In this document: positions 9,382 through 19,313 of the stretch, piece by piece | How the letters are laid out: every line of letters starts with the position of its first letter | Position numbering within the stretch: the first letter of the stretch is position 1 | Assembly (NCBI GenBank): GCA_020184695.1 | Contig: JAANOX010000061.1 | Span: 1-64,000 of the forward strand | Length of the DNA stretch: 64,000 bases | From: Histomonas meleagridis 2922-C6/04-290x | Taxonomy: Eukaryota; Protista; Parabasalia | Direction: 5' to 3' | Notes under the pieces: model-generated | What the model was told of the DNA's origin: nothing | Seen by the model: only the letters and a program-made list of their open reading frames with translations | Database searches by the model: none | Translations under genes and position numbers: made by a program

Positions 9382-11010
9382 ATGATAGAATTACCATTTG
9401 GGAAATGCCCTAAATCAGAAAGCTTAATGCAATCAATCATGTCATCTTATAGTATGATTATATCTCCTGCAGAAGAAAATGTGAATATATCAACAACAAA
9501 TATTCAAACGTCAGATTTTCCAAGATGCTCAAAATGCGAAGCTTATTGGTCAGTGAATTGTACTGAAGAAGGAGATTCATGGAAATGTAATATATGTTCA
9601 AAGCAAAACAAAAAATCAGAAATTTTTAAACAACTTCCAAATACATCCGATTTCCAAATTAACTTAGAAGGAGAACTTGGAGAACAATTAACAGTATTTT
9701 TTATTTCATTAAACTTTAGTCCAGAAGATATATCAAATATCACATCGGCATTGAACTCATTACTATCAAATCTACAAAATAGGTCAGTGATGGTAATCAT
9801 TAAGGATTCTGATGTTCCTTTTTCGATATTATGTCCATATAGCACAAAATATCAAAATGACGATGGAATTCTCAAATATAATTCACAAGAAAACGACGAA
9901 AATGTACAATTCCAAACATTAACAGCGCCAATAGTTCAGTTGCAGTCGTTGCCAACTGATTTCTCAAAGTTTATTTTTTCTCCATCACAAATCCCAATGA
10001 TCATTAACACATTATCTCATATTCAATCAGCTCGTTCACGATTTAACTTCAACGAAATCCTTAGTATATGTGAACGTCTTACACAAGAATTCGAATTATC
10101 GCCGATTCAATTTATTTCAATTATACCACCAATTACACAAAAGATATCAAAACTCACACGCATCTATACACAAATGATTAGAATCGATGTGCTTACGCCT
10201 TCACTTACTAAAGAAGGTGATAATCTCTCAAAACAAATTCCCGGTCTTTTCCAAGTTTTTTCACATGAATCACTTCCACAACAATTAGAAATCCTTTTCC
10301 AAGAAAGAACGTCTTATCAAGTGTATACTAATGTTCGTTGTTCACGTTGTAAAACAACATGGAAACGGACATCTACACCTTGTTCACTTGAAGAGAGAGG
10401 CGTTATATTTTTACCTGTTCTCCACAAGCGAAGCACACCAGTTATTCTTGATGTCCATACTAATGGATCATCTGACAAAGCCTCAATTCAAATAGTCTCA
10501 AGAATTGTCACATGGAGTGAAGCCGATAGAAAATACATTCAAATTTTGAGAGTCTTTGATCGGCAACTTGAATTGTGCAGCGATTTGAAAGAAACCGTTT
10601 CCGTGTTAAATCCGGATGCGCTTGTCTGGAATTGGCTCATGCACAGTCTTTCTAACTTAGAGACAAATCCGAGAGCAGTCTTAGCTGCTGTTTATCGAGC
10701 GACGTCGCGAGTTTTGTCGGAGATTGATGATGATGAAAATGAGAATTCGAAAAAGTTAACTCACGCATGTTGTTCGTTAATGTATTTGGATTCGTTTGGC
10801 GGCGATCAAAATTTGATGATCAATTCACGAAATTTAATGAGCATATCATCACCACATGAATTCCATTTAGTTCCAAAGTACGATGAAGCAAACAAATGTT
10901 ATCTCTATGGAGGTCAAACATATGGGACAAATGGCAAAATTATTCCTGATTTTGTAAGAACGCCAGACCCAAAGAATTTAGATTTCTTGAATACTGTTCG
11001 TGTAAAGTAG
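9382..11010 (+). CDS. divergent Sec23/Sec24-like zinc-finger protein
   Basis: PRCSKCEAY...WKCNIC matches the Sec23/24 Zn finger; followed by vWA/trunk-like and beta-rich regions. Confidence 0.6.
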   Translation: MIELPFGKCPKSESLMQSIMSSYSMIISPAEENVNISTTNIQTSDFPRCSKCEAYWSVNCTEEGDSWKCNICSKQNKKSEIFKQLPNTSDFQINLEGELGEQLTVFFISLNFSPEDISNITSALNSLLSNLQNRSVMVIIKDSDVPFSILCPYSTKYQNDDGILKYNSQENDENVQFQTLTAPIVQLQSLPTDFSKFIFSPSQIPMIINTLSHIQSARSRFNFNEILSICERLTQEFELSPIQFISIIPPITQKISKLTRIYTQMIRIDVLTPSLTKEGDNLSKQIPGLFQVFSHESLPQQLEILFQERTSYQVYTNVRCSRCKTTWKRTSTPCSLEERGVIFLPVLHKRSTPVILDVHTNGSSDKASIQIVSRIVTWSEADRKYIQILRVFDRQLELCSDLKETVSVLNPDALVWNWLMHSLSNLETNPRAVLAAVYRATSRVLSEIDDDENENSKKLTHACCSLMYLDSFGGDQNLMINSRNLMSISSPHEFHLVPKYDEANKCYLYGGQTYGTNGKIIPDFVRTPDPKNLDFLNTVRVK

Positions 11011-11071
11011 CGAACTTAAGTGAAACGTAAAAAGTGCCACCGAAAAAACAAAATCAAAAAAAATTATTGGA

Positions 11072-13047
11072 ATGAGTAAAAAAATTATTAGGGACTATCA
11101 TTGGCGCAATTTCAGGAGACTCGTTGATTATTGACTTTAGGCGGTATGGGAAAGTTCGAGAAAATATTCCTCCAATACAAATTGTTTCGTTAGAACATGT
11201 CATTGCGCCAAAGCTCGGAATGTATGACGGAACAGTCAAAGACGAGCTCGGAGGCTTTAACTCATGGGATTTCTTAAGGAAACTTTGTATTGGAAAAAGA
11301 GCCACAGCATATTATTCGATGAATCAGATCCAAATGAAAAGAACGCACTTTACATTTGGAAGTATTCCGATTTTTTCTCACGTGTTAAACTATACAAGCA
11401 ACAAGACGGTGACATAGCTATAGCGATTAATCGCTATCAAAAATGGATGGGTTAAACTTCGTTCGAAGCCAATCAACAACAAAGCACTCCTTAATGGTTA
11501 TTACAAAGAACTTTCAATCGCCCAACAAAGCGCACAAATTTCGAAAATCGGACTATGGAATCCGAACCAGTCAAACCTTATCATAAAATCCCCGTAAAGT
11601 TCAACAATGAAGACCTTCTCAAAGTGGGCGTGTTCACTGCAATCGTTGACTCTGTTATTAACTGGACCACATTTATACTTTATCTAATGCCAAACTTCGA
11701 GCGCATTATATTTCGTGTTGCCGGGTGTAAAAGCGTTTGTTCACGGTGAATCCATCTTACGCACATTATTCAGAGTCTGCGAAAAATTTCACGATTCATC
11801 ATTACCTTCATCGTGATATAAAGATACGAATATGTGCACACATCGAAGCTGACATGTTCATAGGGCCTATCATTGATGAAAGTGATTTGCATATGCGCAC
11901 ATTACTTTCAAAAGGTTGCGCAGAATATAACTTAGGAACACAAAGTTATTCACCGCAAAGTAATGAATACCTTCGTTGTGAAGCACAAGCTAAAGCCAAA
12001 CAAATTGGAGTATGGAGTAATACAGTTCCATTAGAACAATCAAATATTATATTTAATGGAACTGTATTACAAATAATTGGAAGCTGTGCAATTTTGGTCG
12101 ATGTTTTTGGTGAAGAACGCTTAGTTCAACTTACCAATTCAACATAATAACCCAAATTCGGATGAAGCATATCACTTCTCAGTTAAGCACTTTATGCAGC
12201 GAGTCATCGAATTTGAAGTTAAAGATGTTGATAATTCAGGAAGTTTCATTTCATGTATTTCATTGGTATTAGATGATGGTACAACTAAAAGTATTGAGCA
12301 AATACTTTTGTCTGAAGGATTATCCGAAATTCATAAGCGTGTTGGACAAATGTTTTACCATACTTTGAAATTTTGGAGAAAGCTCAAAACGAAGCAATGA
12401 ATGAAGAAAAAGGAAAATGGGGAAATTCTTCAATCGATTTAATATCATTAGAATATGAGAAATATTATCCAGTCAAAGTTATTAATGTACGAAGTTGTAC
12501 CGATTTAACTGTGCAATTCTTGTTCCAAGAGATTAGTCAAATTCGTCGATTTTTATATGTGTCTAATATTGGATTTAATAGTCCACCACCAATTGGAGAA
12601 ATCGTCTGCGTGAAAATATATTAAAATAGATATAGAGGGAAAGTTGAATCAATTATGAAAAATGGGAAAATTGGAGTTCTTTTAATTGATTATGATGTAT
12701 GCATTGAAGCAAATTTGGAATCATTACTTAAATTAAATCCAAAGTTGTCAATACAATTGGCATTCATTGATGATCAAAAGAAGGATAAAAAAGATAGAAA
12801 ATATATCGAGGAATTAACTATGAATAAGGTTTTGTATATGTATTTGATTGAAAAATGCCAAGAAAATGTAAAAGTGTTGTTGTTAGATCAGCCTTCTTTA
12901 TTAGAAGCAAACAGTTTAAATGAAATGTTATTATTATCAACGTCGGTAAAGTATATGGATATAGAAAGAACGACTACAACAGACGATTTAAAGCAAGTGA
13001 TTAATGAATTAAAGGAAATTGCACATCAAACAAATGGGGTGCCCTGA
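11072..13047 (+). pseudogene. Tudor-SN (SND1-like staphylococcal nuclease/Tudor) pseudogene
   Basis: Joined fragments give GAISGDSLII, SLEHVIAPKL, DELGGFNSWDFLRKLCIGK, KNGWVK..SAQISKIGLW, EAQAKAKQIGVW, QRVIEFEVKDVDNSGSF, and Tudor YRGKV..VLLIDY. There are about 6 frameshifts plus an in-frame TAA at 12622. Confidence 0.8.
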
Positions 13048-13598
13048 AATACAACGTTTAATTTATAATTCTCATAATAAATTATATCTTTCATGATATT
13101 TATATTATTTGAAGTGTGATTTTTTTTACAGTTTCAATTCCAAATTAATGGCAGAAATATTTTCATAAATGATATGAATCAAATCTTTTATTTTACACTA
13201 ATAATATGTTTAAATGAATAAGTGAAATATTTTGATTAAAACATGATAATAAATCTCATCTTTTAGTCATACTCAAAATGTTAATTATGTCGAAGAAGTT
13301 GAATAAATTATTCTGTCAATCACACCAAGTTCTCAAATTTTGCCGTTAATTCATAACCTTCTACAGCAGTTTGAACGCAACCACTCCAAGATACGGAATA
13401 TATTTGAAGAGATGATTTTTCGACAAATAATAATGACAAATGACATGATAAAACTTTATTAAGTTTTACATTAAACTTTATTTACCATTATAACAAACAA
13501 AAAAATCAAATGCGTATAGAGGATTTTTTCACAAATAACTTTTTGGATGATTACAAAATTGTATAGAACCGATCGTTTCTCGCTGAAAAACTGAATTA

Positions 13599-13606
13599 AA
13601 CGGTTA
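13599..13606 (+). promoter_or_regulatory. M3-like (Myb-recognition-type) core promoter element AACGGTTA
   Basis: Matches the trichomonad motif-3 consensus DRCSGYTD, ~40 nt upstream of the Rab ATG. Confidence 0.5.
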
Positions 13607-13643
13607 CTGTTCGAGCAGATCATTTGCCAAACACTTGTTTCTA

Positions 13644-14213
13644 ATGGAGTATTCTCCTGCTTTTAGAATTGTTCTAATAGGAGACGCGTTTGTAGGTAAA
13701 ACAGCGCTTGCGAAACGATTTATTTTCAAAGATTTTCAAATTAATTATGAAGAAACTGTTGGTGCAGCATTTCATTCTTTTACAGAAAAAATAGATAAAA
13801 ATGTAATTACATATCAGTTGTGGGATACAGCAGGAACCGAAAAATATCGTTCTCTAGCACCTGTATATTTTCGAAATGCATCTGCTGCAATTATTGTTTA
13901 TGACGTCACATCATTGCAAACTTTCCACGACTTAGATGATTGGATTGAAACATTTAAGAAAATAGTCGAAGAAGACGCACTAATTTTTATCGTTGGAAAC
14001 AAGATAGATTTGGTTAATGAGACCAAAGTCAGCACAGAGGATGGCCAAAAGTTTGCTGAAGAAAGAGGCTACAGCTTCTTTTCAACATCAGCAGTCACAG
14101 GAGAAAATGTAATTCGTCTTTTCTCTGCTGTAGCTGAAGCTATTTATGAAAAATTCGGAACAAAAAATGGTGGTCCTCAACAGCTAATGAAGGAAGAAAC
14201 GAAGTGTTGCTAA
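13644..14213 (+). CDS. Rab-family small GTPase
   Basis: GDAFVGKT, ETVGAAF, WDTAGTEKYRSL, GNKID, TSAVTG, C-terminal CC. ATG at 13644 (the track starts at TTG 13635). Confidence 0.93.
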   Translation: MEYSPAFRIVLIGDAFVGKTALAKRFIFKDFQINYEETVGAAFHSFTEKIDKNVITYQLWDTAGTEKYRSLAPVYFRNASAAIIVYDVTSLQTFHDLDDWIETFKKIVEEDALIFIVGNKIDLVNETKVSTEDGQKFAEERGYSFFSTSAVTGENVIRLFSAVAEAIYEKFGTKNGGPQQLMKEETKCC

Positions 14214-14463
14214 ATATATTAGAACTTTTTACACATTGTTTGATTTTAATTGTAATTTTTAAAAAATAGATCTTGAAATGTGATTTTTTTCTGTTCCATT
14301 TATTGGTAAGAATTTAATTTTCGATTTTTTTTTCCAAAAATTCAGGACGGTTCTCATTGAGACCGTTAAAATAATTGTGCAATCTATCAAAAAGTAAAAA
14401 AGGTGATGTGATTTCAATGATCCATCGTTTTCCCACTCACTTCACTTTTGCCTTTGTCATAAA

Positions 14464-15219
14464 ATGAGCAAAGATTTTGGAATTCTTGTTAGCACACTTG
14501 ATCTCAATAAAATCCAAAAACCAGAATTGCCCAAACCTGCAGATGATGGTCGAATTCCAACTTTAAATGGAAAAGGTTATGCTACTCATGAACTTGAACC
14601 AATTTCAGAACAATTTACAGAATATGCTTCAACCATCAAAATTCCTGTTATTGATGGGGGAGCTGCTTTTGGCGCTACCACTATTGCAGCACTAAAGAAA
14701 GGAGCTATTGTCATTGCAAACGAAATTGATCAACATCATCTTGATTACATAGCTAAAAATTCTACTCTAACGGATGATGATCGTACTCGCTTGTACCTCA
14801 AGCTTGGTTCGATTACAGAAATTGATTTTCCAGAGCAATCAATTGGTGCAATCCACATGGCTCGTGTCATGCACTTCTTCCATCCAAACGAAGTAGAAAA
14901 GTTCTTTGAAAAAGCTTCAAAGTGGCTTGTTCCAAATGGTCGTATTTACCTTGTTACAATGTCACAATATCATTATGGAAATACACCTGGATACTATGAA
15001 AAGTACAACAAAGCACTTACAGAAGGAGTTGAATGGCCCGGTGAAATTGAGGAGTACAAATTTAAGAGTGATTGCTATTATTTACAAGCGCTCGATCCAA
15101 ATGTGATACATAGAGTTGCAACAAAATACGGATTTACTGTTAAAAAACTTGAGCTTTGGGGTGGACAACATGATGATGACTATACGTGTGCAATTTTGAT
15201 CAATAAGTATAGTCATTGA
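14464..15219 (+). CDS. class I SAM-dependent methyltransferase
   Basis: VIDGGAAFG motif I, IANEID, FPEQSIGAIHMARVMHFF, WLVPNGRIYL; TCACTT Inr-like sequences upstream. Confidence 0.85.
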   Translation: MSKDFGILVSTLDLNKIQKPELPKPADDGRIPTLNGKGYATHELEPISEQFTEYASTIKIPVIDGGAAFGATTIAALKKGAIVIANEIDQHHLDYIAKNSTLTDDDRTRLYLKLGSITEIDFPEQSIGAIHMARVMHFFHPNEVEKFFEKASKWLVPNGRIYLVTMSQYHYGNTPGYYEKYNKALTEGVEWPGEIEEYKFKSDCYYLQALDPNVIHRVATKYGFTVKKLELWGGQHDDDYTCAILINKYSH

Positions 15220-15499
15220 AACATGAATAAATTTTTAAATTTCACAAAATATTTCTGTTTAACAAACATTAAGAAAACAAAGTTGGTACATTACGCAATA
15301 TTTTTTTTAAATCACAAGAATGAGATTTATTGATAATTGATATAAAACATTAATTTATAAATAAACAAAAATATAAATATTGTTGAAATTTTGATGTTTG
15401 TGTTCTTTGGATTATAGTAAGATTAATTATGTTAATACAAGAAAATAAGTTTTTACTTCATTTTATTTTGGGCGGATAGGCCGTTTACTATATTTTAAA

Positions 15500-18400
15500 A
15501 TGAAACAACAAAAATTTACAGGGATTCATAAACCAAAAGATGAGTTAGAAGATAACCACCAATTACAAGAACTAAATGATGAGCTCCGTCAAATGAATTC
15601 CAAACTTATTAATGAATTAGCAGAAACCAAAAACATTCTAAAAAATTTTAAAGAAATACAAAATAAAAACAAGGAAATGGCACAAGCTCTAAGAGAATCT
15701 AATGCAGAAAAAGAAGACTTAGCAAATAGACTCGAATCAAGTATTAAAGAATTAGAAGAACTCAAAATCTCAAGCGAAAAAGCTAAAGCAAAAGCAGAAT
15801 CAAACTTTCAGAATCAAATTTCAAAAATTAAAGAATCTTATCAGAATAAAAAATCTCAACATCAAATTGAATTACAAAGTCTCAAACATGACCAAGAACA
15901 AATTTTTCATCAGCTACAAGAATCCAGGTCAAAAAGTGATTCTTTAAAATCTGATCTTCAAAATATTTTAAAGATTTCATCACAATTTTTCTCTGTAACT
16001 TTTTCCAATATATCAGAGTTATTGTTTTATCTTCAAAATCAAACAAATCAATCTTCTTCTGAGTACAAATTATTACAATCAAAAAACACAGAATTGCAAG
16101 ATGAAAATGAAAGCTTACAAAACAAAGTTAAATTACTTAAAAGCAAGTTAAACAAGTTACAATCAAAGAAGGAATCCCAAATTAAAGAACTCAAAGATTT
16201 ACTTGAGAATGCAAATTCACAAATTTTCCAATTAGAATCAACAATTTCAGAACAAAAGTCAAACATATCAAAGCTTGAAAATCAAAGTAAATCTGATTCA
16301 AAAGAAAGCAATAAAGAAATCATAAAGTTAAATAATGCATTAAACGCTGAAAAGAACAAAAACTTTGATTTAGAAAGAAGATTAAATTCTAATCAACAAA
16401 TGAATCAAAAAATGAAAGAAAATGAAATATTAATGAAAAACAAAATCATTTCATTAAATCAGTCTATTAATGATTTAAAGTCAACTAATACTCAACTTAA
16501 ACTTCAAAATTCGGAGTTAATTAAAAAATTAAAGTCAACAAATAATATTGATGATCAAAACGAAGATTTAAAGAAAGAAAACAAAGAACAAAAAGAAAAA
16601 ATAATTAACTTAATAAAACAAAATGAATCAAATAACTTCGAAATGGAAATTTTGAAGCAACAAATTGAAAATCATAAAAGTGAATTTGATGTAATGAAAT
16701 CCAAATTATTACAAACTGAAACAGTTTTATTCGAAACTAAAAACAAATTAACAAAATATAAAAATTCTTTAAGTTCGGCACAAAGTTTATTACAAAAGCA
16801 AAAAGAAGAACTTCAAACAAATTATTCACAACGAAATTGTCTTATTGAAATTATACAAAAACAAAACAAAATTTTTGATATTTATGAACAAAAATTAAAT
16901 AAATCAAATGATAATAATATTAACGAAAAGAATAATTCTACTGAAAAATTAAAATATAATTTCGATATAATTAAAAATGATGAGATTCCAAATGAAACGT
17001 GGATTATTACTGAGTTTCCAAAAGATTTAATTAGTTATCTTTCTAAATTTGTTCGAACTATAGAAAATATTCATAGCTCTGCAAAAGTACATCGCGTATT
17101 ACAATTTATCGCAAATTATTATAATAATAAAATACAAACAATTCAAAGAGAAAATAATGACTTTAAAGAAAGAAACAAATTAATAATTGAAAAAATTAAT
17201 AATTTTCTTTTTAATATTAATAAAATTTTCCCAAATTTACAAATTTCATTTGAAATTTTCATGAATAATTCGGAATTACAAACACAAATTATTGAAATAT
17301 TAACAAAACTTAAAGAAGAAAATAACGAATTAATATTTTATAAAAATAAATCTGAGCAAAACTTCGCAATAATAAAAACTAAATTAAATAAGAAAACTAT
17401 TAAAGAAGTTATTGATGAAATTGATAATATTTTAGAAAATATTTCCAGAAATAATCAATTAATAAACAATATTAAATTAGAAAAAGCAAAATTAAAGAAA
17501 TTAATATCAAAAATTAAAAAAGAAAAAAATGAAAATGAATTGAATTCAGCTGAAAAAATTAAAGAATTAAATAATAAAATTAAAATATTACAAAACGAAA
17601 AAGAAGTTCTTGAACGAAACCATAATGAAACCGAAAAACAAAATGAACAATTAAATTCTAAATATGATCAAATCGAATCTAAACTTAATATGAAAGAAAA
17701 TCAATTTACAAATGATGTAAACAATATGAAAAAAGAATTTCAAACAAAATTGGCAGCTTTACAACAGAATAATTTAGATAAATCAAAACAAATTGAAGAA
17801 CAAAAAGGTTATATCAATAAATTACAAAACGATATACTTTTTTGGAAGAAAACAGTTAAATCAATCGAATCGATATCAAATGAAAAAGTCACTGAATATA
17901 AAAATTATAAGAAACAATTTAAAGAAGAACAACAAGAAAAGCAAAAACGAGAAAATGAAATCGAAGAAATTAAAGCAAAATATGATACAGTAATAGAACA
18001 AATTAAAAATGATAATAATGAATTACGAAATCTTCTACAAAATGTTACGAAATCTCTTGATGAATGTCAATTAAAGAATAAAAAGTTAACAGAAGATAAC
18101 TCAAAGTTATCACATAAAAATAATCAAATTAAAATGCAAATAGAATCTATAAAAGAACAACAAGAAAGAAATGAACAAATTTTTGAAACAAAAATTAAAG
18201 CAATTGAATTGTCAACAGAAGCGAAAAAGAACATCGAAATCGATAAAGTAAAAACTGATTACGAAATAGAAAAAAGAAGAATTTACGCTTTCTTCGCGTC
18301 AAATTTCAAAAATTTCGTCGATGTACGAAAACAACTTGGTGATAATACATTTAAAGAGATTGTAGTAAAATGTTCAAACGCAATGAATAATTACATAAAA

Positions 18401-18511
18401 CAGGACTACTATTTGAGGAAACTGTTGGGAATAACTCAAAACGAATCAATAGAATCTTCGATTTCCAATTTGTTAATGACATTTCGGAATAAGCCAAATA
18501 ATAATTTATGA
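15500..18511 (+). CDS. 1003-aa coiled-coil protein
   Basis: Long K/E/N/Q-rich ORF with heptad pattern; M3-like GGCCGTTT at 15479-15486. Confidence 0.85.
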   Translation: MKQQKFTGIHKPKDELEDNHQLQELNDELRQMNSKLINELAETKNILKNFKEIQNKNKEMAQALRESNAEKEDLANRLESSIKELEELKISSEKAKAKAESNFQNQISKIKESYQNKKSQHQIELQSLKHDQEQIFHQLQESRSKSDSLKSDLQNILKISSQFFSVTFSNISELLFYLQNQTNQSSSEYKLLQSKNTELQDENESLQNKVKLLKSKLNKLQSKKESQIKELKDLLENANSQIFQLESTISEQKSNISKLENQSKSDSKESNKEIIKLNNALNAEKNKNFDLERRLNSNQQMNQKMKENEILMKNKIISLNQSINDLKSTNTQLKLQNSELIKKLKSTNNIDDQNEDLKKENKEQKEKIINLIKQNESNNFEMEILKQQIENHKSEFDVMKSKLLQTETVLFETKNKLTKYKNSLSSAQSLLQKQKEELQTNYSQRNCLIEIIQKQNKIFDIYEQKLNKSNDNNINEKNNSTEKLKYNFDIIKNDEIPNETWIITEFPKDLISYLSKFVRTIENIHSSAKVHRVLQFIANYYNNKIQTIQRENNDFKERNKLIIEKINNFLFNINKIFPNLQISFEIFMNNSELQTQIIEILTKLKEENNELIFYKNKSEQNFAIIKTKLNKKTIKEVIDEIDNILENISRNNQLINNIKLEKAKLKKLISKIKKEKNENELNSAEKIKELNNKIKILQNEKEVLERNHNETEKQNEQLNSKYDQIESKLNMKENQFTNDVNNMKKEFQTKLAALQQNNLDKSKQIEEQKGYINKLQNDILFWKKTVKSIESISNEKVTEYKNYKKQFKEEQQEKQKRENEIEEIKAKYDTVIEQIKNDNNELRNLLQNVTKSLDECQLKNKKLTEDNSKLSHKNNQIKMQIESIKEQQERNEQIFETKIKAIELSTEAKKNIEIDKVKTDYEIEKRRIYAFFASNFKNFVDVRKQLGDNTFKEIVVKCSNAMNNYIKQDYYLRKLLGITQNESIESSISNLLMTFRNKPNNNL

Positions 18512-18696
18512 ATTAGTGGAACCAACTATCGTTTTAAATAAAGATTATTGCATGTTTAAATAATTTTTTTTTTAAAAAAAATTGGAATTAGATTTGGAAT
18601 TTTAAAAGTAATTTAAACAAGTAAAATTATGAAAAGGGTTATTATAAAGCTTTTAATTATAGATTTCTCGGGTTTATTATAAATTTTATTTATGGT

Positions 18697-18984
18697 TTAT
18701 TTATCAAAATTTATTGTTTCATCTGGCTGTATAACTTTCCAAACAACTTCATTTTCTGTACGTTCTTGTGTTGCTTCAAGCATTTTTTGAATTTTTTTTA
18801 TTTTGTTTAGTGCTTCATTTTTGATATATCGAATTTGTTCATTTTTTTCTGCTTGAACACTTGCAAGAATTTCTTCATTTGCTAGTGCTCGCATCCTAAT
18901 TTTATACAATTCCTGTATTTGCTTTTCGATTTCTATCTGTAACAAGTTAATCCACTGCCCTGAAACAGTTGCAGGCTTGCTCAT
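18697..18984 (-). CDS. small helical/coiled-coil hypothetical protein, 95 aa
   Basis: ATG in AAAATATG context, amphipathic helical composition, isolated between genes. Confidence 0.6.
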   Translation of the reverse strand: MSKPATVSGQWINLLQIEIEKQIQELYKIRMRALANEEILASVQAEKNEQIRYIKNEALNKIKKIQKMLEATQERTENEVVWKVIQPDETINFDK

Positions 18985-19313
18985 ATTTTGATTTCACATA
19001 ACATGTCACATCTTTTGGCTAGCCAAGTTAATGTTTTTATATTTTAATAAAACCAAGTAAAGAAAAAATATAAATTGTGCTACCATTTTAAGAACTAAGT
19101 GATTTTTTTTTAAAAAAAAAAAATTAAATATATTATTTTCCTAAAACAAAATCATGTTCCAATATTTTTATTTAATTTAGTCTTTATTTTTTTTTTTTTA
19201 TTTTAATAAAATGATTTTATTAAGCACGTTATAAAAAAGAGCACATTTAAAACAAACAAATATTATTGGATTAAAATCATTAAAACATTACAAACTTTAA
19301 ATATTAATTTCAT

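Noticed and set aside
13644-14213. Rab switch II Gln to Thr (WDTAGTE) as a novel feature
   Set aside because: Substitutions at this site are common among divergent protist Rabs.
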